This document shows, in pieces, positions 1-11,761 of a stretch of 57,648 bases of DNA. The DNA is taken from contig JAXLNO010003753.1 in assembly GCA_038087875.1 (NCBI GenBank), positions 1 to 57,648 of the forward strand, given 5' to 3'. This DNA is from Malacoraja senta (taxonomy: Eukaryota). Every line of letters starts with the position of its first letter. The stretch's first letter is position 1. A program made the translations under genes and the position numbers. Under the pieces are notes generated by a model. The model did no database searches. It was not told the DNA's origin and was given only the letters and a program-made list of their open reading frames with translations.

Positions 1-13
1 TTTCTTCAATCAA

Positions 14-105
14 CCCATTCTCTCCAAGAGATGCTGCCTGTCCCGCTGAGTTACTCCAGCATTTTTGTGTCCTTTTTGGTAAACCTCAGTATCTGCAGTT
101 CCTTG
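14..105 (+). repeat. Short dispersed repeat (Penelope-associated tail type) typical of cartilaginous fish
   Basis: The motif 'ctctcca-gagatgctgcctgtcccgctgagttactccagcatttt..gtgtc' recurs in both orientations at ~5385-5520, 5950-6070, 12405-12545, 21262-21432 (continuing 27400-27440), 40500-40570, 42165-42275, 42680-42890, 46070-46180 and 47285-47345. Confidence 0.75.
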
Positions 106-111
106 TTTTTG

Positions 112-236
112 AATCCATTCTGGTTAACCATCCCTGCACCTTCCCAAGTAGCCTCCACATCAGCCCTGTAATGGAGTGACCAGAACTGTATGCAATACTG
201 CAAATGCTACCTGACCAATGTCCCTTAAAGCTGCAC
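112..236 (-). mobile_element. Degraded CR1 LINE fragment
   Basis: Resembles the antisense CR1 copies elsewhere in the window (gaccagaactgtatgcaatact versus gaccaaaactgtacgcatact). Confidence 0.6.
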
Positions 237-239
237 ATA

Positions 240-466
240 TACTCCTCTCTCCCCCTCTCCCCACACCTTCCTCCCACTCGTACACAAATTCTCTCCACTC
301 CACCCTCTCGTGCCCCCTCCTCTCACTCCCTCTCTCGCTCCATCTCTCTCACACTCCCTCTCTCTCTCCCTCTCTCTCTCACACTCCCTCTCACACGCAC
401 ACACACACCCTCTCTTGCTCTCTCACACACACTTTCTCTCACACACTCACTCTCACGCACACACAC
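240..466. repeat. CT/CA simple repeat
   Basis: Visible (CT)n and (CA)n low-complexity tract. Confidence 0.95.
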
Positions 467-479
467 CAAATACCTCTGC

Positions 480-676
480 TTGGTTCGCAATAACCAACCT
501 GATCTCCCGGGGTTCAACACTTCAGCTCCCCCTCCCATTCTGAATCCTACCTTTCTGTCCTGGGCCTCCTCCATGGCCAGAGTGAGGCCCACCGTAAATT
601 GGAGGAGCAGCACCTCATATTTCGCTTGGGCATTTGCAACCCAGCAGTATGCACATTGACCTCTCCAAATTCAGGT
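480..676 (+). mobile_element. Penelope-like element, 3' end of the GIY-YIG endonuclease
   Basis: One frame reads AHRKLEEQHLIFRL, followed by a decayed LQP..M.IDLSKFR* end, matching the usual C-terminus of vertebrate Penelope ORFs. Confidence 0.75.
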
Positions 677-1123
677 AATACCTACCAAAGATCCTATAGA
701 TAGGCCACTCCTGCGAAATGCAATGGGCTGACGTGTAGTACGCAACGGAGCGGAACGTGGGCATTTTGTTCGTCCATTTCAGTAACCGGAACCTACCCGA
801 CTCGACTCGCAGTGTAATCAACATTGCGGGGGAACAGTTTGTGTGTGATATAGGGTTAGAGTCATAATTCTGTTAGTTCATAATTCTGTTAATTCTTGTT
901 AAAGAATAAAATGTTTATATAATTTTGACTGGGTAATTTTCTTTTTTAATGTTTTTTTAATCATTTCTTTTAAAATGGCTCATGTGCTGTGTTTGAGTTG
1001 ATTTTGTATTACACTTGCAGTCTGTAATTCATTCATCTAATCACACTGTTCACAACTGCAGTATTTGGCAAAATAATAGCAATATGAAGATTCCAGTTGC
1101 TCTAGCCCTGGAATGTTCCTTAA

Positions 1124-2169
1124 TGTAGGTATGTTACAAAACTTACCTTCAGTCGCGCTGTAATTCTGTCACTGGCCGTGTGCGCGATTTGGAGCCTTTA
1201 AGGGGGGGGGGGCAGGGTTAAAACGCGGTTTCTCCTCCCTTGTCCTGAATTATATTTCGTTGGAGTACAAGCGTTTGCTGAAAAATCGTTCCTTTGGGGC
1301 GTATTGTGAATTTTTAATTTTTATAAAATCGTCAATGTCAGCGCTGGAGTAATTTAAAAGCAGCTCCTGAAGCGTCAACGCCGATAACGGGGACGGATTT
1401 CACACACGGGACAGGTTAAACGAAAGTGGTTTCTTTAAATGTATAAAATGTGCTTCTTAAGAAGCCTTTAATTCACATTTTTCATGCGAAACGGTGATTT
1501 TATTCCCGAACTAACGGCAGTATTTTTCATGCCAATACAGGGTTAAATTCACCGCAAATGAACGTTCCAAAAGATCGCGTTCCAGAAATCCTCACTCACA
1601 AGATGAATTAAATGGCCCATTAATTTACAGGTATTAAACATTCAATTCCTTCCATTTGGCCTGTAAATTCATGAAAATGAGATTTAAAAATTATGTTATA
1701 TTGTGAATTATTTGTGTGAATGTTATTTGGACACTTAGGCTATTTAAAAATGTTGATCTATTCTTAAGAAATTGATAGATGTTTAGATCTAGTAATTGAA
1801 TTTTGTAATTAGCTACAATTAGGTAACTAACTAATTATATGCTTTACTTTCATGTCTTCTAAGTAAGATTGTTTCATATTTGTTTCAGAATGCTTCAATC
1901 TATAATAATGAACATTTCTTTCAGTTATCTTAATTTTTAAGAAAGTTATGGGCTTTTAACTGTCCTCGATCACAGCTTTTGTGTTAAGTCAATGGAAAAG
2001 CAATAGGGAACAAGATGCTAATTTCCGAGTATGAAAATGGCCATAACTTCTTTAATACTGAAGATATGAAAGTGAATTAGGTGTCAAATTAAACTTCTTT
2101 TTGTGCTTTATCTGATGGGATAATTGCAGACTTTATTTTTAAAATCTCAAAATTTTGTAACATTGCTAC
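1124..2169. mobile_element. Non-autonomous DNA transposon flanked by TTAA (Kolobok-like, less likely piggyBac-like)
   Basis: TTAA at 1120-1123 and 2170-2173. Imperfect terminal inverted repeats: tGTAGgtATGTTACAAAA on the left and GTAGcaATGTTACAAAA on the right (reverse complement). No ORF. Confidence 0.6.
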
Positions 2170-3094
2170 TTAATGTTTTTGTGTCTATGGAGTTGTTTCT
2201 CAACAATAAAATGGGTCTGGTCTTCCCAACTAGCCAGAGAGTGGAATGAGATCTGTGTTATGGTGGGGTTATCTAATTTAAATATTTCACAAAATTAAAT
2301 TAGTTTTGAGCAAGATTTACAAATGATGTACAACTTAAGGATGGTTTTATTCAGCGAGCATACAACTGATTAGATTGTGCTGGAAATAAACACACATATA
2401 TGAATGTGATATAGATGTATATAATCATATAACACACACATTTACATTTTCTTCCAATTTTTATATCCAATGATGAACCTTATTTCAGACTATACAAGGG
2501 ACAACATTAAATAAAAAACATTGTAAATCTCCCCGCAACTTCACTCTGGTGTCTCGGCCTTGCTGATCAGGGCCAGACTCCCCGCACACTGGAAGGAACA
2601 TCTTTTCGCTTTTATTGTGATTTATTTCTTCTTTTTAACACTGAATATCTGATAACGACATTAGCAGCATATGGCACCAATGTTGCATCAACCCACTCAA
2701 TTTTTAAATAATTCATAATAGCAATCCATTAACATGGTTAACACTTTATTTCTGACATGCATAGTAAGATTTACCAGAACTCACATTATTCTGTGTGCAG
2801 GATATACAGGGTTGCAGTGTTCAGTATATCAGCTAACCAGTGAAAGTGATGTACAATTCAACGTATGTAACACAATGGTAGCCCTAGATGGGGTATGTGG
2901 GTATAGGGGGGGGTACGGGGGGATTCCCAACCCGCATGTCACAGGTGAACTCGGCCACCTCCCCTCTATATAGCGCAGGGTCTTGTAGTGGAACGTGGCC
3001 TGTAGTGGGGGGTGGGAGGTCACAGGTCAGTGGTCACTGTGTCCTTGTCAAATCAGGGCGGTCGGGAGCGGGATGTCCCTCTAAAACATAGACA

Positions 3095-3597
3095 CTAGGT
3101 GCAGGAGGAGGCCATTCATTATGCTCATGTCTGATCATCCCCAGTCAATAACCCGTGCCTGCCTTCTCCCCATATCCCTTGACTCCACTGGCCCCTAGAG
3201 ATCTATCTAACTCTTAAATCCATCTGTGATTTGGCCTCCACTGCCCTCTGTGGCAGGGAATTCCACAAATTCACAACACTGGGTGAAAAGTTTTTTTCTC
3301 ACCTCAGTCTTAAATGACCTCCCCTTTATTCTAAGACTGTGGCCCCTGGTTCTGGACTCGCCCAAAATTGGGAACATTTTTCCTGCATTCTAGCTTGTCC
3401 ATTCCTTTTATAATTTTATATGTTTCTATAAGATCCCCCCCTCATCCTTCTAAACTCTAGTGAATACAAGCCTAGTCTTTTCAATCTTTCCTCATATGAC
3501 AGACCCCCATCCCAAGGGATCAATCTCGTGAACCTACGCTGCACTGCCTCAATCACAAGGATGTCCTTCCTCAAAGTAGGAGACCAAAACTGTACAC
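3095..3597 (-). mobile_element. CR1 LINE 3' end
   Basis: ORF 3416-3613 reads VQFWSPTLRKDILVIEAVQRRFTRLIP...YSLEFRRMRG, the CR1 ORF2 C-terminus; the CR1 3' UTR follows. Confidence 0.9.
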
Positions 3598-4443
3598 TAT
3601 AGGGAGGTTTCACGGCAGTCGTACTGTTGCTACGCTACGCCAAATGGAGTACACGCGATGAACTGCAGGTAAGCACTGACCATTGTTTCCAGCGTAGCGG
3701 GCCCATTAAAACCCACCGAAATTGTCAATTTTTGCGCTGTAAATAATGATGGAAATCGGGTAAGTGTGAGAGACATTTATCCTACTTCAGAATTCCAAAA
3801 GTGAGGAGAAATGACGGTAGATAAAAGCGAGAGCTGAAGGGACAACAACAGCCAGAATGCTTGGCGAACAATGGCCTTGCTCACTGCATTTCATCAACTA
3901 AGGCATTATTTGTGTTTTTTCTTGATTCATTTGGCATCTAAAAAGTTTCAGAAGGGATAAATCTGGCTGTAAAAGATTAAAATCGCCCGTGGTTCTCAAG
4001 TGGGTTTTTACATACAAAAAGAAAAATGCCTCTGAAGCAAAATTTACAGCCAGATTTATCATTTCTGAGACTTTTTAGATACCAAAGGAATCAAGAAAAA
4101 ACACAAATAATGCCTTACTGTTGATGAAATGCAGTGAGCAAAAGCGATAATTCCCAATATTTTCAATCTCGATATCTGCACGGCCAATGTTCGCCAAGTA
4201 CTTTAGCTGTTGTTGTCCCTTCAGCTCTTGCTTCTCTTTACCTTCATTTCGCTTCACTTTTGGAATTCTGAAGTAGGATAGATGTCTCTCACGGTTACAC
4301 CGACATCCACAATTATTTACAGCGCAAGAATTCACCATTTTGGCGTTTTTTAACAGGTAGGAAAGTACGCGTTTTCATGTATTAACAACATATACCGGAA
4401 GCTGCGATGTCCTCCAGATGGATTGAGTGACTCCGTGCGTCAA
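3598..4443. mobile_element. DNA-transposon derivative with two convergent THAP-domain gene starts
   Basis: The minus-strand THAP ORF at 4075-4338 has a diverged, partly deleted plus-strand mirror copy at ~3720-3975. Both ends share a subterminal CACGG(C)AGTC-like motif. Confidence 0.6.
4075..4338 (-). pseudogene. THAP zinc-finger domain (transposase N-terminus), first exon only
   Basis: MVNSCAVNNC...SYFRIP...LANIGR...FCSLHF gives the C2CH THAP signature, with the conserved W replaced by Y. A GT donor (AACA|gtaagg) lies right after HFIN. Confidence 0.8.
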
Positions 4444-4444
4444 C

Positions 4445-4988
4445 ATAGAAAACAGAAACATAGAAAATAGGTGCAGGAGTAGGCCATTCGGCCCTTCGAG
4501 CCTGCACTGCCATTAAATATGATCATGGCTGATCATCGAAATCAGTATCACGTACCTGCTTTCTCTCCATACCCCCTGATCCCTTTAGCCACAAGGGCCA
4601 CTCTAACTCCCTCTTAAATATAGCCAATGAACTGGCCTCAACTACCTTCTGTGGCAGAGAATTCCACAGATTCACCACTCTGTGAAAAATGTTTTCCTCA
4701 TCTCGCCCTTTCCCCTTATCCTTAAACTGTGACCCTTGTTCTGGACTTCCCCAACAATGGGAATAATCTTCCTGCATCTAGCCTGTCCAACCACTTAAGA
4801 AATTTTGTAATTTCTATAAGATCCCCCTCAATCTTCTAAATTCTAGCGAGTACAAGCCGAGTCTATCCAGTCTTTCTTCATATGAAAGTCCTGCCGTCAC
4901 AGGAATCAGTGTGGTGAACCTTCTCTGTACTCCCTCTATGGCAAGAATGTCTTTCCTCAGATTAGGAGACCAAAACTGTACACAATAC
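4445..4988 (-). mobile_element. CR1 LINE, 3' part, interrupted at 4988
   Basis: (atagaaac) tail, CR1 3' UTR and ORF2 C-terminus (VQFWSPNLRKDILAIEGVQRRF). The sequence resumes at 7918. Confidence 0.9.
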
Positions 4989-7495
4989 CAGGGCTGCCAA
5001 CATTGGGTGAAAGTTGAGAGGTGAGAAATTGCGAGGGAGCGTAGCGACCGGGGGGGGAGGGGAGCTTTTGCATTTTTCAGCTTGAAATTGTGCAATCTGG
5101 TGCATACTGTAGCGAGTCTTTTAACTTGCATTTGAATGCACATTTATGCTTTTAAATTGGATTAGGTATGAATAAGGTTAGGCTAAATTACATCCTAATT
5201 ACATTCAACATTAGAGCCAGGCTCTGATCAACAGGTGCAGCACATGAATGACTGTATTCATATATGGAAATCAGATTATATTCAGGCTGTTATGTATATA
5301 TATAGAGAAAAACTCAGAGAAACAAAGCAAAAGTCGGACTTCCATCACTGTTCTGCCACAAATAAATCAATCAACCTTGTTCATGAAGGAACTGCAGATG
5401 CTGGAGAATCGAAAGTAAACAAATTGCTGGAGAAACTCAGCGGGTGCGGCAGCATCTATGGAGCGAAGGAAATAGGCAACATTTCGGGCCGAAACCCTTC
5501 TTCAGACGGTTTCAACTTTACCCTTTGAATATAGAAACAAGATGAAAATTATGCCACATTTTCAATCATATATGGTTCAATGAAATTAAGATATATATGT
5601 AAAGATATATACGGAAACATGCACTTCCGTCCACACCGACCAGCAATCTATCATACACCAATTCCATCCATCACGCCAGGGACAATTTACAGAAGCCAAT
5701 TAACCTTCAAAACTGCACTTCTTTTGGATATGGGAGAAATCGGAATATCCAGAGAAAACCCATGTGGTAGTAAGGCAGCAACTCTACCACTGCGCCACCG
5801 TGCCACCTCATTAAATTATTTTTCTGTAATATATTTATTGTGGTGTCACATGAATAAAGATGAACATATGATTCTAATTTCTGCCCTTAGTTGGATAACA
5901 CACATGTCCAGTCATTGTGTTTTATGGCTGGTTTTCAATCTCTTCAGGCTGAAGATCTCGACTCGAAACATCACCCATTCTTTCTCTCCAGAGATGCTGC
6001 CTGTCCTGCTGAGTTTTTCTAGTTTTTTGTGTCTATCTTCAGTTTAAACCAGCATCTGCAATTCCTTCCTACACTATTTGTTAAGCAAAACAGGTCCTAT
6101 TGCCATTAATAATTTTGTGATCAGCGTGAGAGCATGAGAGTTTTGTGAAATGCGTGAGTCTCACGCTCAATGCATGAGAGTTGCCAGCCCTGCTAATAAT
6201 GCAAACATTTAATGCAAGTTCCAATTGTTTAGACAAAAATCACTTATTACTGCTTTATAACAGTTAAGTTACATTAAGACCATTTCAGGAATTATGGCAG
6301 TCAACAAAAAATCAACTAACAAATTAAAGCAAACTAAAAGAAAATAACATGTTCCCTTTCCTGACTCTACCTCATAAGTACTTTAACGCTGTTAACAGAG
6401 CAAAGGATATTTATCTCAAGAATCAAAATGGGGAAAGTGAGGGCAATTTTTGCATAAATGGTCATTCTAAGGCCATTCAGATCTGCATAGTCAGAGTTAT
6501 ACAACATGTACATGGCTGGCGCAATTTGTCCATAATGATCAAGTTGGCATTCTGCGTGCCCAGGGACTGGCTGCCGTTCCCAGATCAGCTCACGTCCCAG
6601 GGACTGGCTGCAGTTCTCAGGTCGGCTCGCCTGCCCTGACCCCGTGAAAACGAATTGGAAAACCCCCCGCGTTTTTTCGGGTTACGGGCCGGATTTGGCC
6701 CGTGTGCCGTAGGTTGCCGAACCCTGTCCTAGATGTTTGGCCTCATTGTGGTCCCCCCCCCCCCCCATGTTTTACAACCAATTCACCTGGTTAGTTCTAT
6801 CTCCGGCTGCTTCATGTAGTCAGCGGCTGCACATCCAACCAAGAGAGAAGAGAAGAGAAGAGATGCGACGTCACTCACAGCCGCCAAATGACGCGCTTCC
6901 CCAGACTGCACAGATCACTGTGATGTGGCGCAAAAGAGACAAACTGTGCAGGGACGGAAGACAGCGTGAGGATTCTGTCATCAGCGTGAGCATTGGCTGA
7001 AATGCGTGACTCTCGTGCTCAAAGCGTGAGAGTTGGCAGCCCTGTCTAAGGCCGGGATGCACAGACACACAGGGAGACACATACACAAAGGAAGACACAC
7101 ACATACACACACACACACACACACACAGGGAGACAGACAGACACACACAGGGAGACAGACAGACACACACACGGGGAGACACACACACACACACAGGGAG
7201 ACACAGAGACACGCACACACAGGGAGACACACACAAGGAGACACACACAAGGAGACACACACAGAGAGGCACACATACACACACAAGGAGACACACACAG
7301 GGAGACAGACACACAAGCACACACAGACACACACCTTTTCTTCCCCCTCCCTCCATCCTCCCCTTCCTCCCTCTTGCCCCCATCCTTCCCTCTGTCCTCC
7401 CCTCCCTCTTTCTCCCCTTTCTCCTTTCCTTCCTTCATCCCCTTTCTACATTCCCTCCCCTTGTCTCTCTTTGCCTCCATCCCTCCCTTTTTTTC

Positions 7496-7530
<35 letters not shown>

Positions 7531-7917
7531 CCCTCCCTCTCTCTCCCCGGCCACCCAATGGAGAGTCTGGCGGGCACGGTGTAGCGTGGATTGACGGCGC
7601 TGGTGCTGCCGTGTGAGTTGAAGGGCAGGAGGGAGGGAGGGAACGAGGCTGCAGCGGCGGCCGGCAGCGCAGCGCTCACAGCCGGCACATAGAGGCGCTG
7701 ACACCCGGCGGCTGCACATTCAACCAAGAGAGAAGAGACGCGACGTCACTCACAGCCGACAACCGACGTGCTTCCCCTGATCCCTGGCACGCGGCGCAAA
7801 GGGACAAACTGCGCAGGGACTGAACTCAGCGTGAGGACTCGGTCATGAGCATGAGGGCGTGAGAATTTGCTCCAGGGCGTGATTCTCACGCTGAAAGCGT
7901 GAGAGTTGGCAGCCCTG
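4989..7917. mobile_element. Composite TIR element (CAGGGCTGCCAAC termini; hAT- or P-type) inserted in CR1
   Basis: 13-bp TIR cagggctgccaac (4989) and gttggcagccctg (ending 7917). 7-bp direct repeat acaatac at 4982-4988 and 7918-7924. The CR1 reads through once the insert is removed. Confidence 0.8.
7060..7550. repeat. CA/GA-rich compound microsatellite followed by a CT-rich tract
   Basis: Visible low complexity; source of several spurious ORFs. Confidence 0.95.
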
Positions 7918-8407
7918 ACAATACTCCAGGTGTGGTCTCACCAAGGCCCTGTACAACTGCAGTAGAACCTCCCTGTTCCTATACTCAAATGCGTTGCCTA
8001 TACTCACCTGCATGCCTACTTTCAATGACTGGTGTACCATGACACCCAGGTCTCGTTGCATCTCCCCTTTTCCTAATCGGCCACCATTCAGATAAAAGTC
8101 TACTTTCCTGTTCTTGCCACCAAAGTGGATAACCTCACATTTATCCACATTATACTGCATCTGCCATGCATTTGCCCACTCACCCAACCTATCCAAGTCA
8201 CCTTGCAGCCTCCTAGCATCCTCCTCACAGCTAACACTGCCCCCCAGCTTCGTGTCATCCGCAAACTTGGAGATGTTGCATTCAATTCCCTCGTCCAAAT
8301 CGTTAATATATATTGTAAATAGCTGGGAACCCAGCACTGAGCCTTGCGGTACCCCACTAGTTACTGCCTGCCATTCTGAAAAGGACCCGTTTACTCCTAC
8401 TCTTTGA
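7918..8407 (-). mobile_element. CR1 LINE continuation (RT C-terminal half)
   Basis: ORF 7843-8337 reads LGSQLFTIYINDLDEGIECNISKFADDTKLGG, including the RT FADD motif. Confidence 0.9.
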
Positions 8408-8409
8408 CA

Positions 8410-8840
8410 TGTCTTGGCAGAAAAAACAGATCATTTTTCCAAGACATGCACACCATTCATTGATTTATTACAAGGATAGCATGGCTCAACACAACTTTGG
8501 ATTTAAATCTAATTACGGGTTGGGTGAGGTGGGTGGGGAGGGACGAAAGGCAGGTATACAAACAATTTTCTTTCTCTTTTTCTTTTTGTCCTTTTGTTTT
8601 TTTCTATTCCTCTCTTCTTTCTTTATTTTATCCACTCTTTGGCTACACTTTGCTAGTCTAGGGGTTCTATCTTTGTACATTTCACTTTTTCTCTTTCCTG
8701 CTTTTTCTCCTTTCTTTTCTTCCAACTAAAGCTAAAAAGTTAAAATTGAACCTGTACCATAAATGTGTTATTTTATAAGCCGTTGGTTCTATTTTTGTTC
8801 ATTTGCTTTGAATAAATAAAAAATAAAAAATAAAAAAAAC
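8410..8840 (+). mobile_element. Probable LINE (L1-like) 3' UTR remnant with A-rich tail
   Basis: T-rich tract ending in aataaataaaaaataaaaaataaaaaaaac; same architecture as the L1 3' UTR at 37290-37743. Confidence 0.4.
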
Positions 8841-9029
8841 TATTTTACGTAATCAGACATCAACTTATTTTACTTAAACTCACGTGATTGTTAGTCATTT
8901 AGCAGCACTTAATTAAATCATTTATCCAGTAAACAAGATACAAAACAAGGTACTTATTTCCATTTTAGCATCTTTGTATTCTTAATAAATAAATCTGTAT
9001 CTTTGTACTCAACCTATAAATTGGTATGT

Positions 9030-10560
9030 AACATAGAAACATAGAAAATAGGTGCAGGAGTAGGCCATTCGGCCCTTCGAGCCAGCCATTCAATATGATC
9101 ATAGCTGATCATCCAACTCAGTATCCTGTACCTGCCTTCTCTCCATACCCCCTGATCCCTTTAGCCACAAGGGCCACATCTAACTCCCTCTTAAATATAG
9201 CCAATGAACTGGCCTCAACTACCTTCTGTGGCAGAGAATTCCGCAGATTCACCACTCTGTGTGAAAAATGTTTTTCTCATCTCGGTCCTAAAAGATTTCC
9301 CCCTTATCCTTAAACTGTGACCCCTTGTCCTGGACTTCCCCAACATCGGGAACAATCTACCTGCATCTAGCCTGTCCAACCCCTTAAGAATTTTGTAAGT
9401 TTCTATAAGATCCCCCCTCAATCTTCTAAATTCTAGTGGGTACAAGCCGAGTCTATCCAGTCTTTCTTCATATGAAAGTCCTGACATCCCAGGAATCAGT
9501 CTGGTGAACCTTCTCTGTATGGCAAGAATGTATTTCCTCAGAATTGGAGACCAAAACTGTACGCATACTCCAGGTGTGGTCTCACCAAGACCCTGTACAA
9601 CTGCAGTAGACACTCCCTGCTACTATACTCAAATCCTTTTGCTATGAATGCTAACATACCATTCGCTTTCTTCACTGCTTGCTGCACCTGCATGCCTACT
9701 TTCAATGACTGGTGTACCATGACACCAAGGTCTCATTGCATCTCGCCTTTTCCTAATCGGCCACCATTCAGATAATAGTCTACTTTCCTGTTTTTGCCAC
9801 CAAAGTGGATAACCTCACATTTATCCACATTATACTGCATCTGCCATGCATTTGCCCACTTACCCAGCCTATCCAAGTCACCTTTCAGCCTCCTAGCATC
9901 CTCCTCACATCTAACACTGCCCCCCAGCTTCGTGTCATCCGCAAACTTGGAGATGTTGCATTCAATTCCCTCATCCAAATCAATAATATATATTGTAAAT
10001 AGCTGGGGTCCCAGCAGTGAGCCTTGCGGTACCCCACTAGTCACTGCCTGCCATTCTGAAAAGGACCCGTTTACTCCTACTCTTTGCTTCCTGTTTCCCA
10101 GCCAGTTCTCCATCCACATCAATACTGAACCCCGAATAGCGTGTGCTTTAAGTTTGTATACTAATCTCTTATGAGGGACCTTGTCAAAAGCCTTCTGAAA
10201 GTCCAGATATAACACATCCAATGGTTCTCCCTTATCCACTCTACTAGTTACATCCTCGAAAAATTCTGTAAGATTCGTCAGACATGATTTACCTTCCGTA
10301 AATCCACGCTGACATTGTCCAATAATTTCACCACTTTCCAAATGTGCTGCTGTCCCATCTTTAATAACTAGCAGTTTCCGCACTACTGATGTTAGACTAA
10401 CTGGTCTGTAATTCCCCGTTTTCTCTCCCCCTCCCTTTTTAAAAAGTGGGGTTACGTTTGCTACCCTCCAATCCACAGGAACTACTCCAGAATCTAAAGA
10501 GTTTTGAAAAATTATCACTAATGCATCCACTATTTCTGCTTGCAGCTCTTGTTGTGTCTG
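9030..10560 (-). mobile_element. 5'-truncated CR1 LINE with RT
   Basis: ORF 9733-10566 contains NYRPVSLTS, YLDFQKAFDKV, GVPQGSLLGP and KFADD. It is followed by the C-terminal ORF2 region, 3' UTR and (atagaaac) tail. Confidence 0.95.
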
Positions 10561-10626
10561 CAGCAATTTAATTCAGTCTAAAGAATTCCTTAAAGTTTAT
10601 TGAAAGTTATAGAAATCATACATTTA

Positions 10627-10985
10627 GGACGACAGATGGCGCAATGGGCTAAGTGTTCGGCTGGCAACCGGAAGGTAGCCGGTTCGAATCCCGCTTGGAG
10701 TGCATACTGTCGTTGTGTCCTTGGGCAAGACACTTCACCCACATTTGCCTGCGTGTGAATGTGTGTGTGAATGTGTGTGAATGTGTGTGATTGGTGGTGG
10801 TCGGAGGGGCCGTAGGCGCAGATTAGCAGCCACGCTTCCGTCAGTCTGCCCCAGGGCAGCTGTGGCTACAGAAGTAGCTTACCACCACCGAGTGTGACTG
10901 AGGAGTGAATGAATAATGCGATGTAAAGCGCCTTGAGTATTAGAAAGGCGCTATATAAATCCAATCCATTATTATTATTATTATT
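10627..10985 (+). mobile_element. Full-length tRNA-derived SINE (V-SINE type, L2-like tail)
   Basis: A box tggcgcaatgg, B box ggttcgaatcc, V-domain-like gtgtccttgggcaagacact, tail gtaaagcgcc..aaggcgctatataaat plus (att)n. 9-bp TSD atacattta at 10618-10626 and 10986-10994. Confidence 0.9.
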
Positions 10986-11023
10986 ATACATTTAATTTAA
11001 TATCGAGTAGATGTAAGGAGGAA

Positions 11024-11761
11024 TGAAAAAGTTACTTTTATAACAACTAAACAGGTTCGCTTCTTAATAAACAGACACCACACAAACTGTTTGGTAGACC
11101 AGTTCAAAACTTTACTTAACATCGGCCGATGGAAGGGAGCGAGAATTCCAGCTAAGTGACCAATGTAGACACTCGACTGTCCTCGGTCCCCTTCTCTGAA
11201 CAACAGAATTACATTGTCTTAAATAGTTTTTTTTTGTCCCCTTAGCACATTCCACAGACATTAGTCATGGTCAGAGGTACAGGAAAATGTTTCCACAGAA
11301 TGCATCACATCAAAGGCCTTTTGTTTACATGGTACAAGATATACTAAAAACATTGGCCATTTGTTTTAGGTCATTTTATCTTCAAAGAGATCACCCTAGC
11401 TCTTTCGCTGCTTCCTCTCTGTCACTTGGTTCCTCATAAACATAGGCCATTTGGTTCATGGCATCTTACTTCAAAGATGTGACTAGCTGTTTCTCTCTTC
11501 CTTTATCGCCTCCTCCCCCATAAACATTGGCCATTTGTTTTATGGCATCTTACTTCAAAGATGTGACTAGCTGTTTCTTTCTCTGTCACTTCCTCACTTG
11601 GGAGACAAATGTTATAGTATTTATTATCTCAATACCCCAAAACCCGAGGCAACTTAACTTGCCTTTCTGTATTATTCTACTGGAGAAAAGCCTGATTTGA
11701 GACTAAATATAAGCTGTAAGCTTTTCTTATATTTTTAACATAATTCAGCTTTATCATTCCA
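11024..11761 (-). mobile_element. ERV family A LTR, copy 1 (3' LTR)
   Basis: Homologous to 15953-16684 and 18337-19068. TG...CA termini on the minus strand; purine-rich PPT-like sequence at 11762-11771. Confidence 0.85.

Noticed and set aside
204-659. Long ORFs over CT/CA/GA tracts (also 6871-7727, 50487-51002, 51144-51775, 55934-57630)
   Set aside because: They are translations of microsatellites or N runs, with no domain content.
697-1110. Possible further DNA-transposon end, and unassigned sequence at ~2480-3090
   Set aside because: It looks repeat-like, but I found no TIR pair, TSD or coding motif to support a call.
8114-8407. Recurring MPPKWITSHLSTLYC... ORFs (also 9794-10174)
   Set aside because: These are antisense frames of CR1 RT.
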